In this document: positions 14,599 to 28,068 of the stretch, one piece after another
Layout of the letters: each line of letters begins with the position of its first letter
How positions within the stretch are numbered: position 1 is the first letter of the stretch
Source: Octopus vulgaris
Taxonomy: Eukaryota
Assembly (NCBI GenBank): GCA_951406725.2
Contig: OX597831.1
Span: 38,502,001-38,566,000, forward strand
DNA length: 64,000 nt
Reading direction: 5' to 3'
Translations under genes and position numbers: made by a program
Notes under the pieces: generated by a model
Database searches by the model: none
The model's input: only the letters and a program-made list of their open reading frames with translations
Told to the model about the DNA's origin: nothing

Positions 14599-14889
14599 CA
14601 GTAGTTCTATTTTTATAGCGTGCTTTCACTTCACTACCGAGCGCAGCTCTGTGTGCCTTGGGTACATGCTGTGATTTGTTGTGATGCTGTGATGGTTACT
14701 GGATTGAAAGTTTTTTGCGTAGGATGTGTGCAGTGCCCCGTAGTGCAATTATCTCTATGTTATATGTGTTTGTAAGTCCTGGTGTTTTTGTTATGCATTT
14801 GTCTGAATATTTTTTATCATACCTAATGCGCCTACTATAAGAGGAACTGTTTCTGTTTTCAGATTCCACATTCGAGTTACCTCTATTTC

Positions 14890-14891
<2 letters not shown>
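14599..14891 (-). mobile_element. R4/Dong-like 3' end (endonuclease C-terminus plus 3' UTR) ending in (TAA)n
   Basis: EIEVTRMWNLKTETVPLIVGALGMIK...IALRGTAHILRKKLSIQ*, then about 100 nt of UTR and TAA repeats. Confidence 0.8.
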
Positions 14892-14922
<31 letters not shown>

Positions 14923-14923
<1 letters not shown>

Positions 14924-15052
14924 GAGTGAGAGAGCAGTTCATGCCATCAAAGTGACACTGGGGTAAAATATACGAAACCCAATATACCCATCATGACTAC
15001 CCGTCTGATAAAGGTACACCAGGCACATGCATCACAACCATATGTGCGCGAC
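14923..15052 (-). mobile_element. short insert between (TAA)n arrays, probable 3' UTR of another TAA-targeting retroelement
   Basis: About 130 bp of unique sequence bounded by TAA arrays on both sides. Same polarity as its neighbours is inferred. Confidence 0.5.
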
Positions 15053-15303
<251 letters not shown>

Positions 15304-16745
15304 AGCATTGTCTTTGCATGGCTTCTAATGCTGGAGATGTACTACTGTGTACGCTGTCCGCTACCAGTGAACTAAGGTAACACCTCTTATTTTTCGAGCA
15401 CCATCTGGAGTATTCCTGTTGCCGATAATTTTGCTCGTTTCCTTCACTTGCCTAATTGAAATGACTAGTTCTGCCTGTTTTGGACAGACTCCTCTTCGTT
15501 TCAGTTCTTGCAACCATTCAGTATCTTTCTTGTGCTTCCTGTTTTGCTCTAGATGTCACTCAAAAACCTTTGATTTTAAATGTTATCTGGTATCTACTTT
15601 TCATTTGTACATTCTCCATTTATTTATTTTGCAAAATCTCTTCGGATCTACTCTGAATAACCTATTCTGCTAGTATCCCTTAATTTTTGTTCGTATCTTG
15701 GCATCTTTGCTTTCTTTGCAATAAGGCGTTCTTTCAGTTCCACCGTAACCACTTTCAGGCCCCTTTTTTTTTTCAATATCATACTTCCTGTTCAGTGCTC
15801 TGTATTTTTGTTCGCATTTAATCTCCCCCTTTTCTTTTCGGTCTAACATAGAAATATCCTTCGAGAGCATATCTAACCCCGCCTGTATTCTTCTTTTCCT
15901 CGATGGATCTTTTCTTTCGTCACCCCCATTATATTTCTTTTTCTTGACACCAACACCCACATTTCCTGCTACTACAATACAAGCTGATCAAATTATTAGT
16001 TTCTGTGATGATTTGTTTTCTGATGTATTACAGAATTTCATTCACATTTTTCGTTTCTTCGTTCAATTTCCTCCGATCAAACTTTTTAAGTTTGCAAATA
16101 ATGTCGCTATCGTTCTCCTGTAGCCTTGCCTTTTTTCTGTTATAGATTGCCTTTTGCCCATTTGTCATGTCACCATTCGTTTTATTGTCATCTTCCAAAC
16201 CATCTATATGTCTCTCATCGAGCAAGCTATCAATGTTCTTTTCCTGTGATTTATTAAGGATTTCACCTCTGTTTTCTGCTATGAGATTACTTTTTTCAGT
16301 GGGAATTGTTTTTTCATCGTTTCCTCTGCTGCTGTTTTCAAATACACGTCTTTTGGTAGCTTCGAGCTCTACTTTTCTGAACCAACGACTTTTCCTTATT
16401 GCTCTAGCTTGATCACATAATCTCTGTTCCGTGATTTGAAACAATCTTCTTTCTCTCCATTGTCGGTATCCCCTAATATGAACACCATTTTCGTCTACGG
16501 GATTGCTCAGGTAGTAACATTTCGTGACAAAAGCATTAACTTGTTCATTAACTTCTCCATCTACGACGTGTGTGCTGGTCCCTTGCTGGGCAACGACAGG
16601 CTGGAATCGAACCAGTATCTCTGAGCTTGCCGGCTTTAGTTTCACCAAGGGCTTCAGTTTCATTACCATTGTTATACACAATATTTTGTTTTTTTATTGT
16701 CACTCATCTGAGGTTGTAATTATCAGGTTGCGCAATCACCAGTGA
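15304..16745 (-). mobile_element. internally deleted R4/Dong-like element (N-terminal ORF region fused to extreme C-terminus and 3' UTR)
   Basis: NAFVTKCYYLS...RGYRQ..WRERRLFQITEQRLCDQARAIRK is a typical R4-clade N-terminal domain. Near 15415 it jumps to ILQMVLEK*, then UTR and a (CTA)n tail. Confidence 0.75.
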
Positions 16746-16867
16746 TTTTATCATGACACCATCACTTGATGTATCATGAATCAGGATATTGGGAGATTCC
16801 AAATGCGTCGTTCCATTATTACTATTATCATCACTGATATTATTTTTTTTCTATTTTTTTACTATTT

Positions 16868-17250
16868 TCCCACAAAATTGTAGATATTAAAGTTTTTAAA
16901 TTTTCTAGAGTTGTTCGCTTGTATGTCCGATCAGAGAAGACTGTAGTGTTTTTCTATTAAAAAGGATGTTTACATTTTCAAATACTCAGGGAGAAAGGAA
17001 AGGAATGAAAAGGACAGTAAAATTTTCACAGGAAGTTGTAGATATTAAAGTTTTAAAATTTACTAAAGACGATCTTTGTATATCCGAATAGTAGTCTTCT
17101 TAAAATAGAAAGTATGTTTACATTTTCGAATAATCAGGGAGAAAGAAAAGGATATTGAATATTTTAAAGCTAATTGTTTGTGTGTTCGAAAATTTACAGT
17201 TTCTTAACTTATTTCGAGGGAAATTTGAAATATTCACAGGAAGATGTAGG
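16868..17250 (+). repeat. diverged tandem repeat, about 155 bp unit, 2+ copies
   Basis: TTGTAGATATTAAAGTTTT and ATGTTTACATTTTC..CAGGGAGAAAG each recur. CACAGGAAG.TGTAG marks the start of a third unit. Confidence 0.7.
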
Positions 17251-17256
17251 TATTTT

Positions 17257-17316
<60 letters not shown>

Positions 17317-17341
17317 TCATGTATTATGACTATTATTATTA

Positions 17342-17420
<79 letters not shown>

Positions 17421-18114
17421 CTCTTGCTCCCTAAACCATATCTGAATGGCTTTTTCTTAATCTTCCTCTTTGGAACGTAACCACTGTAAAAAGAACATCC
17501 TTTCTATCATCTCAACAAAACTATTAACAGTTGATAATAATACCTGCAACATATACGCCGAAAGTATATTGTTACACATGAAAAAGAAATTCACCTGATT
17601 CATATATTTATTGTAGCATATAATCTGTAATTGCTCAAGAAATATTCCTTCTTTGAGGGTCTGGTATATCCTAGTGATAGTTCCATTTTTCGGTCAACAC
17701 CTGCTTAAAAGAACCAGTTATATATGTCAATTTTAATGATAAATTATTAAAACACAATTTAACCGAATTTAGTTAAAAAATTAAAATCACATTGGTCATA
17801 CGCTATTACTTCGCACTTGATTATAAGTCTCCTATATCAGAAATTATATGCAACTAAACAACCACAAGAAAATCCATCAGATGAACATCAAACATTTTCA
17901 CTATTTCATTTGACACAAAATATTAAGAAAAGCACACGAAAAAACAAACTCAAGTTTTAACGTAATGATAATTAGAAATGGAACTAGAAGTAATTCTTGT
18001 ACCCGTATTTTTATTTTCAAAATTTGTTATGCATTTTCTTTGTCATCGGGTGTTTTCTCATATGTATTCGTGTGGCATAGAAAGATAGTAGTTAATACGA
18101 TATTATAAGCTAAG

Positions 18115-18740
18115 TCGGCGAGCTTGCAAATTGGTTAACACGCAGAGCAAAATAATTAGCGATATTTGGTCCTAAATCTTGTTTGGGGTTCAAATTCCAC
18201 CGAGGCCAACTCAGCCTCTCATCCACTCAGGATCGATAAAGTGAGTACCAGTTGAACATTGGGGTCGATGGAATCGATGTAACCCCTTCCCTCCGACATT
18301 TCTGGCCTTGTGCCAAAAATTGAAGCCATTCTTATGTACATTTGTCGGCGAGCTAGCAGTCTAGGGGACATGCACGACGGCATTTCACCCATCCTTATGG
18401 TCTGACTTCAAATTATACCAATATAGACTTTGCTTTTCATCCTTTCAGGGTCGATAAAATAAATAACTGATGAGCACAGGTGTTAAACGACTTAGCCTCT
18501 CCTCCGAAATTGGTGGCTGTGTGCCAAAATTTGAAACCGATATAAGATAAGGCAGCGAGCTGGCAGAATCGTTAGCACGCAGGGCAAAAGGTTTAGCGGC
18601 ATTTTGTCTGTCCTTACGTTCTGAGTTCAAGTGCTACCGTGGTCGACTTTGCCTTTCATGCATTCCGATTCAATAAAATACGTACCAGAAGCACTTGTGT
18701 TGATGAAATCAGCTTACCGCATCCTCCAAAATTTCTGGTC
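18115..18740 (+). mobile_element. three tandem diverged SINE family B copies
   Basis: GGCGAGCT heads near 18116, 18346 and 18551, each followed by TTCAA and CATCC..TCGATAAA-like blocks. Confidence 0.75.
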
Positions 18741-18774
18741 TTATTATAATATTATAATAAGCTAAAAAGATTGA

Positions 18775-18965
18775 TAGGAGGAGGATTATAAAAAACAGCA
18801 AAAGACGAAGATTGGTGGTGTAGACAACAAACAGATATATTAGCATAACGCTCAGGTAGTGTAAAAGTCTTTAATGTTTCGAGCCTGCGCTCTTCCACAG
18901 AAAGGAACAAATGAAGAAACAAGGAGAGAAAATAAAGAATGTGTAGTGGCTGGCGATCTATCATA
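18775..18965 (-). mobile_element. short HHR-bearing element H1
   Basis: Reverse complement CTTT-CTGTGGA-A-GAGC GCAG GCTC-GAAAC-ATT-AAAG; the body matches 21283-21468. Confidence 0.75.
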
Positions 18966-20849
18966 GCGAATGATACTTTATCACTCTCTATTCCCGGGCT
19001 TACAACAATTAATAGTTATGATTAACCCGCTTTTAATGTATTTGCATAGTGTATACAGGAAACATTTGTCAAATTCCTCCACTTGGGCTTTTAACGGAGG
19101 CAATTCCTATGAAGGCGAATTTAGTTGTTATGTCCAACAGGACTGACTTTGGCTCTTATAGGTGTATGTAATATCGAACTCGTAACCAACTGGCTCAAAA
19201 ACCATATGCAGTTAAAAGCTGATAAGATATTACTAAAGCATTGCAATCAGGCCAGACGAACGTGATTTAAATATGGGCGTTTTATTAATGCAAAAAAATA
19301 TCGTCAGCAGCAGCTGTGGCAGCAACAGCAACATAAATAATAAGAATATAACCAATATATTTATAAATCTGATTCAAGTTTTTATGTCGGAAATTGAAGA
19401 GAATGTTAAGGAAATTTATATATCAGTTGCGCTTCTTTATATATTGAAACAGAAGGTTATTGAAATATCGCACGATGTCTGTTGACGTTCAGTATCGAAA
19501 CCGAAAGAAAAAAAAAATAATAAAAAAATAAATAACTAAAACGTTATTTATAACCATCAACCATGAGAAAACCTCTTTTCTTTAAGAATCGAAGAAAAGA
19601 GAAAGAGAATAACTGCCGCGTACTAAATTTCACTATTTTGAATATCTGGCTGATTTACAGGAATATTTTCGGATATTATCTGCCAAATAATGACTGAAAA
19701 TACCCACTAGAGAATATTGATGATCCAGTAGTTAAATATTCTATGATATTGTTGTACTCCACATAGAAATGTCTCTCACGAGAATGGAATAATGTTACAG
19801 TTCAGAATAGATACAATATATATGTATATGTGAAGAAAGAAAAGTTATGGTAAGCAATGCTCTTAAGAGACGAATCTTAAGAGTTTACTGATAACGTACA
19901 ATAACAATGATGTTATGAACAATAATAGCATTGCCATTATACTGAACTTCCATACTTATTTATCTATAATCTACAGTTTTAGGGTCGGGGGAGAGTGACT
20001 TGTGAAAAGTTATTATTTCACAGAAATAGGCACGAGAAAGGTGTCTCAGAGGTTAACGTCGCAACTAATATCTAATACTATTTCTTGAAAATTTAATATT
20101 TTACAATAACTTAACCCGTGTGTTAAGTGAATAAATAGATTGTAAAACTATATATCTCGCCTGAAAATGATGTCCATACAATTCCAGCATGGCAATGTGG
20201 TTAAGACGTTTCCTTCGTTTTTATGATATTTTGTGTTCATTCTCCGTCGGTGACATTTAATGAAAACACAGAAATTGTTTAGATTATATTAGAAAGTTAG
20301 TGTTTATTTACCCAATATTAGTCTGTGTTCAGCAAACTATGGCTTATAGGAATTCGACATATCACACAGCCATACATATATCTTCTCATCCTTTTGGTGG
20401 CGTGATAAGGAAGACGGCACGATATATAGTAATGCCTTGGGCATTTCAAACATGGTGGAACTCTCTTTGTCCGGGTCTGATCTTAAACAATATCTTCCCG
20501 CTCTAGGGTCAAGCGTGCCCATGCGGGTTTGATATTATGCTAAAAGAAACAATCGAAAACTAAATTATTGAATGTATATTTGTTTTATAAAAGAGGTAAT
20601 TTTTAGGAACTTTACGTCTGTTACTTATAGCTGGAGGAATGATCTCGCACGATCAAAGGTTAGTGAAATGCTACACTATGATAACCAATAGCACGTACGT
20701 GAACTAGAGTGATTAATGTTGAGTGACTCAGTCATGAACGTAATAGTGAAAAGGGAGTTAACTACACGCCATTCATGGCTCTTAGACACGTAAATAAGCC
20801 GCATATGTATTTTTTACCCCAAAGCTTTACTCATACGATTTCTATTATA

Positions 20850-21015
20850 GGCACACGGCCTGAAATTTTTGTGAGGAGGGAGATAGTCAACTAGATCTAC
20901 CCAAGTACACAACTGGTACTTAATTTATCGGCCCCGAAAGGATGAAAGGCAAAGTCGACCTTGGCGGAATTTGAAATCAGAATGTAACAGCAGATAAAAT
21001 ACTGTTAAGCATTTT
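20850..21015 (-). mobile_element. SINE family B fragment
   Basis: CCCGAAAGGATGAAAGGCAAAGTCGACCTTGGCGGAATTTGAA is the reverse complement of the family B core. Confidence 0.8.
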
Positions 21016-21244
21016 GCATACACACAAACACAAGGGCATGGGCAGATATTCCGTTGAGTCTAAGATGTAGAGTTTTTCTCTGATTTTTTTTCACAGTTTT
21101 GTTTAGTTGCTGAGTTAATTATGCCGTCCAATGAATGTCACTAAACATTAGTAAACTATTTCACCAGAATATTTCAGTTATTTCCGTTTTGTAGATATTT
21201 TTTTCAAAATAAGTTTAGGTTCTTTTAAACATTGAATAGTAATG

Positions 21245-21279
<35 letters not shown>

Positions 21280-21282
21280 AGA

Positions 21283-21465
21283 TCATTAGCCACTACACAC
21301 ATTTTTTCTCTCCTTGTTTCTCACCTTGTTTTTTCTGTGTCCCTTTCTGTTGAAGAGCGTAGGCTCGAAACGTAAAAGACTTTTTCTATTCCTGAGCGTT
21401 ATACTAATACATCTGTTTGTTTTGCACACCACTTGTCTTCGTCTTTTGCTTTTTTCGTAAACTCT

Positions 21466-21468
<3 letters not shown>
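21283..21468 (+). mobile_element. short HHR-bearing element H1, minimal hammerhead at 21343-21378 (A6U core)
   Basis: CTTT-CTGTTGA-A-GAGC GTAG GCTC-GAAAC-GTA-AAAG. Flanked by (TG)n and (TA)n. Confidence 0.75.
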
Positions 21469-21545
<77 letters not shown>

Positions 21546-22199
21546 ATATACATAGATACATACTTACATACGTGGATACATATGTATATATGCGGTGCTA
21601 TATGTGCATGTATGTAGGTGGATTATATATATTTGTGATTGATAGTGTAAATTCGACATAAAGTTAATTGTTTGAACTTTGATTATCACATATATTCATT
21701 TTTAAACGGTCGGCCATCATTGACTTTGAGAAGAAGGGAGACGAGTGTATGAGACGCGTGGCTTCTATCCTAAGGTTATTAACCGATCAAGTGAAATATG
21801 ATTGGCAAAAGGGAGGATCAAATAGTGCAGCATAGATGCTGATCATCAGTTGTTTAACCTAGTCTCTGCATGAGTATGGAATGTTGCTGTAATTTGATTT
21901 TTGTAAAGGATGTGTGCGGTTCTGTGTGGTTGTATTTCTTTTCGTTATCTTGTGTGGATATTTTGTCGAAAGGATGGTGAACGAGTCAAACATAAAATAA
22001 GTGAATGAGATCAAGAGATATATGGATAGCGTAGATGAAAAAGAAAAATGTTTTTTGAGATATTACGAAAGACAGAGAGGAAGAGAGAGGAAGAGAGAGG
22101 AAGACAGGTGAAAACAACATAGAAAATTAGCACAATGTTTAACTTAACATAGTGAACTCTATTAACAAACGAGAAAGCATAAAGGAGAAAGCGTCTTTC

Positions 22200-22685
22200 C
22201 GAATCTAATAGACTTACAGGGTTGGTTTCTCGTATATTCTGGCATATATGCTACATACACAACGGGATGCTGGTTAATCGCGGGATTACTCATATTTTTG
22301 TGAACCGAATGAACAGGAGCAAACGGGAAATGAAATATTTTGCTCAAAAGCAGAATGTATTGCCCAGTCCAGGAATCGAAACCACAATCTTAAAATAATG
22401 AATCCAAAACCCTGACTACTAAGGCTAAGCGCCTACTCCACTACTACATCTCAAGTCATATAGAATCTTAAAGCCGCTTTCACAGTTTCCATGGCTCATG
22501 TACCCCCTGCCTGGATGGGACGCCGGTGCAGATCAGGAGTACTCATTTTTGCCAACTGAGTGGACTGGAGTAACGTGAAATGAAGTGATTTGCTCAAGAA
22601 TAGAACACATCGGTGGGTCCAGGGATTGAAACTGTAACATTACGATCATGAGCCCGGCGCCCTAACCACTAAAGTCATGCGTTTC
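22200..22685 (-). mobile_element. two diverged tRNA-SINE (family C-related) copies
   Basis: GAAATGAA..TTTGCTCAA and GGAATCGAAACC/CCCTAACCACT blocks occur twice. Confidence 0.6.
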
Positions 22686-22996
22686 CAATAAAGAACACAA
22701 AAAAAAACCAGCGGAGACTTCATGTAGAACACTCTAGATTCTGAAATATTCGACACATAGATATTATCAAATATCGTCACGTAAATTATAGGAGGAGCGA
22801 ACGCTGTGTGCTTCATATATTCGCTTCAACGATGCGCGATTTGTGGTTCGGTTCCACAGTGAGGAAATTTGGACAAACGTCATCTAAGATATACCTATCA
22901 AGCTAAGGCTACGCACAGAAAATTTACTGAAATAGCAGTTATTAATATATATATAAATACAGAGAGAGAGAGAGAGAAAAAAAAAAGAGAGAGAGA

Positions 22997-23057
22997 GATT
23001 GTTAAGAAGGCTAAGGGTGTGCTAGCATCACTCAGTAAGACCTTGTCAGCCGCTCTC
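22997..23057 (+). mobile_element. CR1-like LINE fragment, left part (split by the MULE)
   Basis: IVKKAKGVLASLSKT..SRS continues across the MULE into PVTYLKVY at 25906. Confidence 0.7.
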
Positions 23058-25896
23058 GGGTCTATGCGAGTTTATCTAAAGCAATTTCACTAAAACAGAA
23101 TTGATCTAAATACAATTTGTCTAAAACAATATTAATCTAGAAACAATTTGTCTAAACACAATCTGACTAAAAAATGGAAATTGTTTCTTTCTGGTGAATT
23201 CGTATTTTTTATTCATAATTTATAATTCTTTAGGTTTATAATTACCTGTTAACTATTTATAAAAACATTAGGATTATTTTAATTAAAAATACACCAAAAA
23301 AAGATAGTATTCACTGAAAAGACTTATTGAAACTTAAAAGGAATTGTTGTGTGCTATACCACGAATGTAATCAATAATATTTTGTGGATCAAAATTTTGA
23401 ACAAGGCTTTTCATTCGTTTTGCAGTATCTCGATAGCGCTTCTTTGGAGGTTCTGGTTCCATTCTAGCAATATACTGCTGAATCCGAATCCCGTTTAGAC
23501 TTTTTTCATTTTGTGAAAAGTTGATAAATTTCCACATGTTGGGGTGATGAGACCCAACTTTGGTTTCGAATGTTCGATACCATCCTTTAACAGAATTATT
23601 TGTTTGAGACAAATTCTTTCTGTGATGCCTTCTAATCGACGTATCCTCGAAATAATGATGGTTCAAGATTCTTTACCTCGCGCGAAAATGTTATATATAT
23701 TTCTTGTTTCTTCCGGAAATAATACAAACACGAGCAGCATCGAAGCTTTCTCTTTTACTCCATGTAGGGTATATAAATAGTGAAATAACAGAGGGACTGT
23801 TTTAAATGTGCCGTCTTCCTTACCAGCGACTGCTTAGTGATAAACACTGTAAATTACGTATTGTCGCAAATACCAGAATACTCTACTCAACTGGTCCTGA
23901 GTCATAAACCTTTAAATTTGATCACTTTGGTTTCGAATGTTCGATACCATCCTTTAACAGAATTATTTGTTTGAGGCAAACCATTAAGAACTTTTGAATT
24001 CATGTTCCACATATTTAGTTAGAAGAGAGGTGGACGCCGCGCATTCTTTCTGTGATGCCTTCCAATCGACGTATCCTCGAAATAATCAATGATTTCTTGT
24101 GTTCCATCAGGGAAGGTGTTGTTATATCATAATAACTTAGACGCTCTTGTTACTGTGACTACTGGGACAAATGCTAATGCTGGTAGCATCATCATCACTA
24201 AAGCAAAATTAAGGTCCGCTTCATATTTTCGTTGTAAACCATTGCAGTAATCCCTCGACTATCGCGGGTGTTACGTTCCAAAATCACCCGCGATAGGTGA
24301 AAATCCGCGAAGTAGAAATAGTACTATAATGTATATATTTTTTTGTCATTTTCATAATTTGTATATATTTATTTTATTATAATTGCTAAACAACACCACA
24401 TACTTACCTCCCATGTTTGTTTTTCATATAGTATGTGCGATTCTTTGTTTACTCACCTACGGTACACTTAGTATTTTCTTTTAATATATTTTGATTAATG
24501 TGTTATACAGTGCAGTACTCAACTCTATTTTTATCAATCAATTTATTAATTTTTATGCGTGAAAACGTTAATTTTACCACAGAAATAATTAAAACGTAAA
24601 AAAAATATAAATAACTAACGGCCGCAGAAACCCGCGATATAGTGAGGAGACCTCGATATAAATTTACATATATTAGGCAGAATATTCCGCGATGTACTGA
24701 GTGCGCGATAGGTAAATCGCGATATGGCGAGGGAGTACTGTACTTTGAATTATACGAAAGAAATATTGGTTGAAGTGGAAAAAGCAACCGTTCTGTTCTG
24801 CAGTAGGAAATTCTTTCAAAAATGCTTTCCATCATCGCTTTCTCAAAACCGATCGTTATTGATAATGGCGCACATAATGGTTCAAGATTCTTTACCTCGC
24901 GCGAAAATGTTATATATATTTCTTGTTTCTTCCGGAAATAATACAAACACGAGCAGCATCGAAGCTTTCTCTTTTACTCCATGTAGGGTATATAAATGGT
25001 GAAATAACAGAGGGACTGTTTTAAATGTGCCGTCTTGCTTACCAGTGACTGCTTAGTGATAAACACTCTAAATTACGTATTGTCGCAAATACCAGAATAC
25101 TCTTCTCAACTGGTCCTGAATTATAAACCAGAAATTGATCACCTTTAAAAGATTTAGTAAGTTCAGGTGGGAAAACTACTTTATTGCAAGTTGATGGTAG
25201 CGCCGGTCAGGTAAGAGTTTGTTGCCTAAATAAATCTTATTGTTCTCTTAATACTTTGCATTTTTGGTAGTTTGGTGGCAAGAGATTGATAGCAATCATC
25301 CAGAACACTAGATACAGCTGCATCGGGTGCATCTTGTGTTAACTTAGCCAGTTGACGTGGTTTTGAAACGGCTTCTTTTGCTGCAATGTCAGCGGCATCC
25401 AATATATCATTATGGTCGTTGGAAGATTTCACAATTTCATCCTTTACAGTAATTATGCAAGGACGGCATTTTGTTTTGGATATTTTTCCGCTCTTCCAAT
25501 AAACGCGTTCACTATTTTCACCACTCTTATGGTATCTATGTCCATTATCAACCAACGTCTTACGGCCTTTTTCTGATTCGGTAAATTCAGTAGACATCTT
25601 TGGCTATGGGTCTTATTATTTTGAATAATTCCAAATAAGAAATTTATTTTTAGAAAGCAATTGCTCTTTTTAGTAAACAACTGTTTTTATTCCATATCAT
25701 CGCAAACAACTATTTATACACAATTCCACTTCCTGCGAATTCATAAAAAAAGAATCAATTTTTATTTTTTAGTCAAATTGTGTTTTAGACAAATTGTTTA
25801 AGGATTAATACTGTTTTAGAGAAATTGTTTTAGACAAATTGCATTTAGATTAATTGTATTTTAGACGAATTGTTTCCGACAAACTCGCCGGACACC
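23058..25896 (-). mobile_element. Mutator-like (MULE) DNA transposon with FLYWCH plus MULE DDE transposase pseudogene
   Basis: Perfect 9-bp TSD GCCGCTCTC (23049-23057 and 25897-25905). About 125-140 bp TIRs built of CAATTTGTCTAAAA subrepeats. Peptides SEKGRKTLVDNGHRY..VYWK (FLYWCH), DGTFKTVP, LYTLHG, CFFHF, DYFEDT and TNNSVKGW. Confidence 0.92.
24245..24740. mobile_element. pogo/Tigger-type MITE nested in the MULE ORF
   Basis: TIRs CAGTAATCCCTCG / CGAGGGAGTACTG with subterminal CGCGATA repeats. TA on the right, TG on the left. Removing it restores the frame IQSNGLQRKY. Confidence 0.85.
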
Positions 25897-25905
25897 GCCG
25901 CTCTC

Positions 25906-26390
25906 CAGTTACCTATTTAAAAGTGTATCTGACAACGGTACGTCCACACTTAGGATTTGCATCACCAGTCTGGAACCCCGACCTTGCTCAGCATATAAAT
26001 CTCCTGGAAATGTGCAACAAAATGAACACCCGTCGTCGGTCATCAACCATACTCTAACGTTTTGTTTACCTGGGTATGGACGCATTGACGCTCAGACGTC
26101 TGGCAACTAACTGAGTAGAAACCCACAAGATTATCCACCATATTTCCAACAACAACCTTGAGCAACATTTCGAATTCCATATGATAGACACTCGTGGAAA
26201 TGAAAGGAAAAACACGGCATCTATAACCTTTCGTAAACATTTTTTCATACTCAGAACTGCTGTAGCATGGAAAAAACTACCCGCATCACTCCATACTTCC
26301 TGAAATCCGGCAACAGTATACCTGATGGCTTTATTTATTTGGCTTGCAGTGCACCTGAGCACTTTATACAACAACTCATTTCATATTTCG
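25906..26390 (+). mobile_element. CR1-like LINE 3' fragment (RT C-terminal region), right part
   Basis: YLKVYLTTVRPHLGFASPVWNPDLAQHINLLE, then TRG..., RKHFF..R...AWKKLP. Confidence 0.8.
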
Positions 26391-26396
26391 TACATA

Positions 26397-26435
<39 letters not shown>

Positions 26436-27482
26436 GCGTGTGTATGTGTGACTATACAAATATTGTCATTAGCCGGATTATAAACAAATAGTTCCATTAT
26501 TCATATAAAGATATGTTTAAATGTGTAAATATATATATATGGAAGTGTGGACTTCTGTATGTAATTTGATAAATATATGCATGACAATTACAAACAATAT
26601 ATATATATATATGTGTGTGTGTATATATTTCAAGCAAAAAACGACAATAATAAGTGTCTCTTCAGCAAAACTACAATTATTGATATTTGAACATAGCTAA
26701 TAAACATATAAATATATACTTCGATAAACCTCCATTTATACATAGGGGCGCTTTTCTCTGTATGTGTGCGTGTATCGCCATATTAAGTGTATGCGTTTTA
26801 TTTGTGTATACATCTGTACACTCATCTTTTCTACAGCATAAGTGCCACTTGAAATCTTTGAGGAGAGTCAGTGAAACGACACTAATCAATGAGAATTATC
26901 CGATGCCTATTGATAAATTCTGATTGAAATGTTATTGCTTCAGTTTTTTTTTAATATTGTTCTTTTTTTCTTTTTTATCTATATCTTATGTTTCTAGAAT
27001 ATCACTTCACAAGCACATTGACGAACAGCCGCACGCTCATACGTGTGAACGCTCACGCGCACAGACGCACATACGCGCACATGCATACACATTTAACGAA
27101 ATAATCAGATTTATAGACTTCAGTGTGTTTCAGCCACGAGTCATATAATTGATTCGCGTGTCTTATTTTCTTCGACATCTATCACAGCTGTAATGGCGAT
27201 GTGTCCTATTGACCTACTTAATAATTCGCTTACTCCACAATATCCTATGAATGTCGTTAGGTCATAAGAAGCGCCAGGGAGAGCTTGGCAGTAGAAGGTC
27301 TTCAGAGAAGAACCGCGCCCTACTAATTTTAACTCCTTAGAACATAGAAAGACCGGACCTGGTTGCATCCAAGCATTGAATCCCTGAATGCCGCTCTGTT
27401 GTCATCAACCAGAAAAGCGTGGTAGATTCAACTGCTAGACATAGCAACTAAATCTGTGGTGCCATTTAAAACGTAAATAGAT

Positions 27483-27489
<7 letters not shown>

Positions 27490-27514
<25 letters not shown>

Positions 27515-27559
27515 GATAGATAGATAGATAAATAGATCGATAGATAAATAGACAGATAT

Positions 27560-27633
<74 letters not shown>

Positions 27634-27665
27634 CTCTGTGTGTGTGTTCGTGTGTGTGTGTGTGT
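27490..27665. repeat. (GATA)n then (TG)n
   Basis: Seen directly. Confidence 0.95.
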
Positions 27666-27794
27666 TAGCCAAGGCGCGGGGTTTAGTGCTTAGAGACTAC
27701 AGGCTTGTGATTGTTAGGTTCGCTACGCGGCGGCGCATTGAGCAAGACACATCACTTCAGTAGGCAAAGGCGAGTAGTATCTGTAATTGAAGTG

Positions 27795-28068
27795 GGAGGA
27801 CGAGTAAGACAAGGGGGAGGAGGAGAAGGAGAAAGAGAAGGAGGAACAGGAGGAACAGGAGTAAAAGGTCGAGGACGAAGACAAAGAGGAGGAGGAGGAG
27901 ATGAAGTAAAGCAAGAAAGAAGGAGAAGCGGAAGAAGAAGAAGCAGAAGAAGAAGAAGAAGAAGAAGAAGAAGAAGAAGAAGAAGAAGAAGAAGAAGAAG
28001 AAGAAGAAGAAGAAGAAGAAGAAGAAGAAGAAGAAGAAGAAGAAGAAGAAGAAGAAGAAGGAGGAGGC
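27795..28068. repeat. polypurine tract ending in a long pure (GAA)n
   Basis: Seen directly. Confidence 0.95.

Noticed and set aside
23058-23190. Regularly spaced short repeats resembling a CRISPR array
   Set aside because: They are MULE TIR subrepeats mirrored at 25757-25896, with no unique spacers, in a eukaryotic context.
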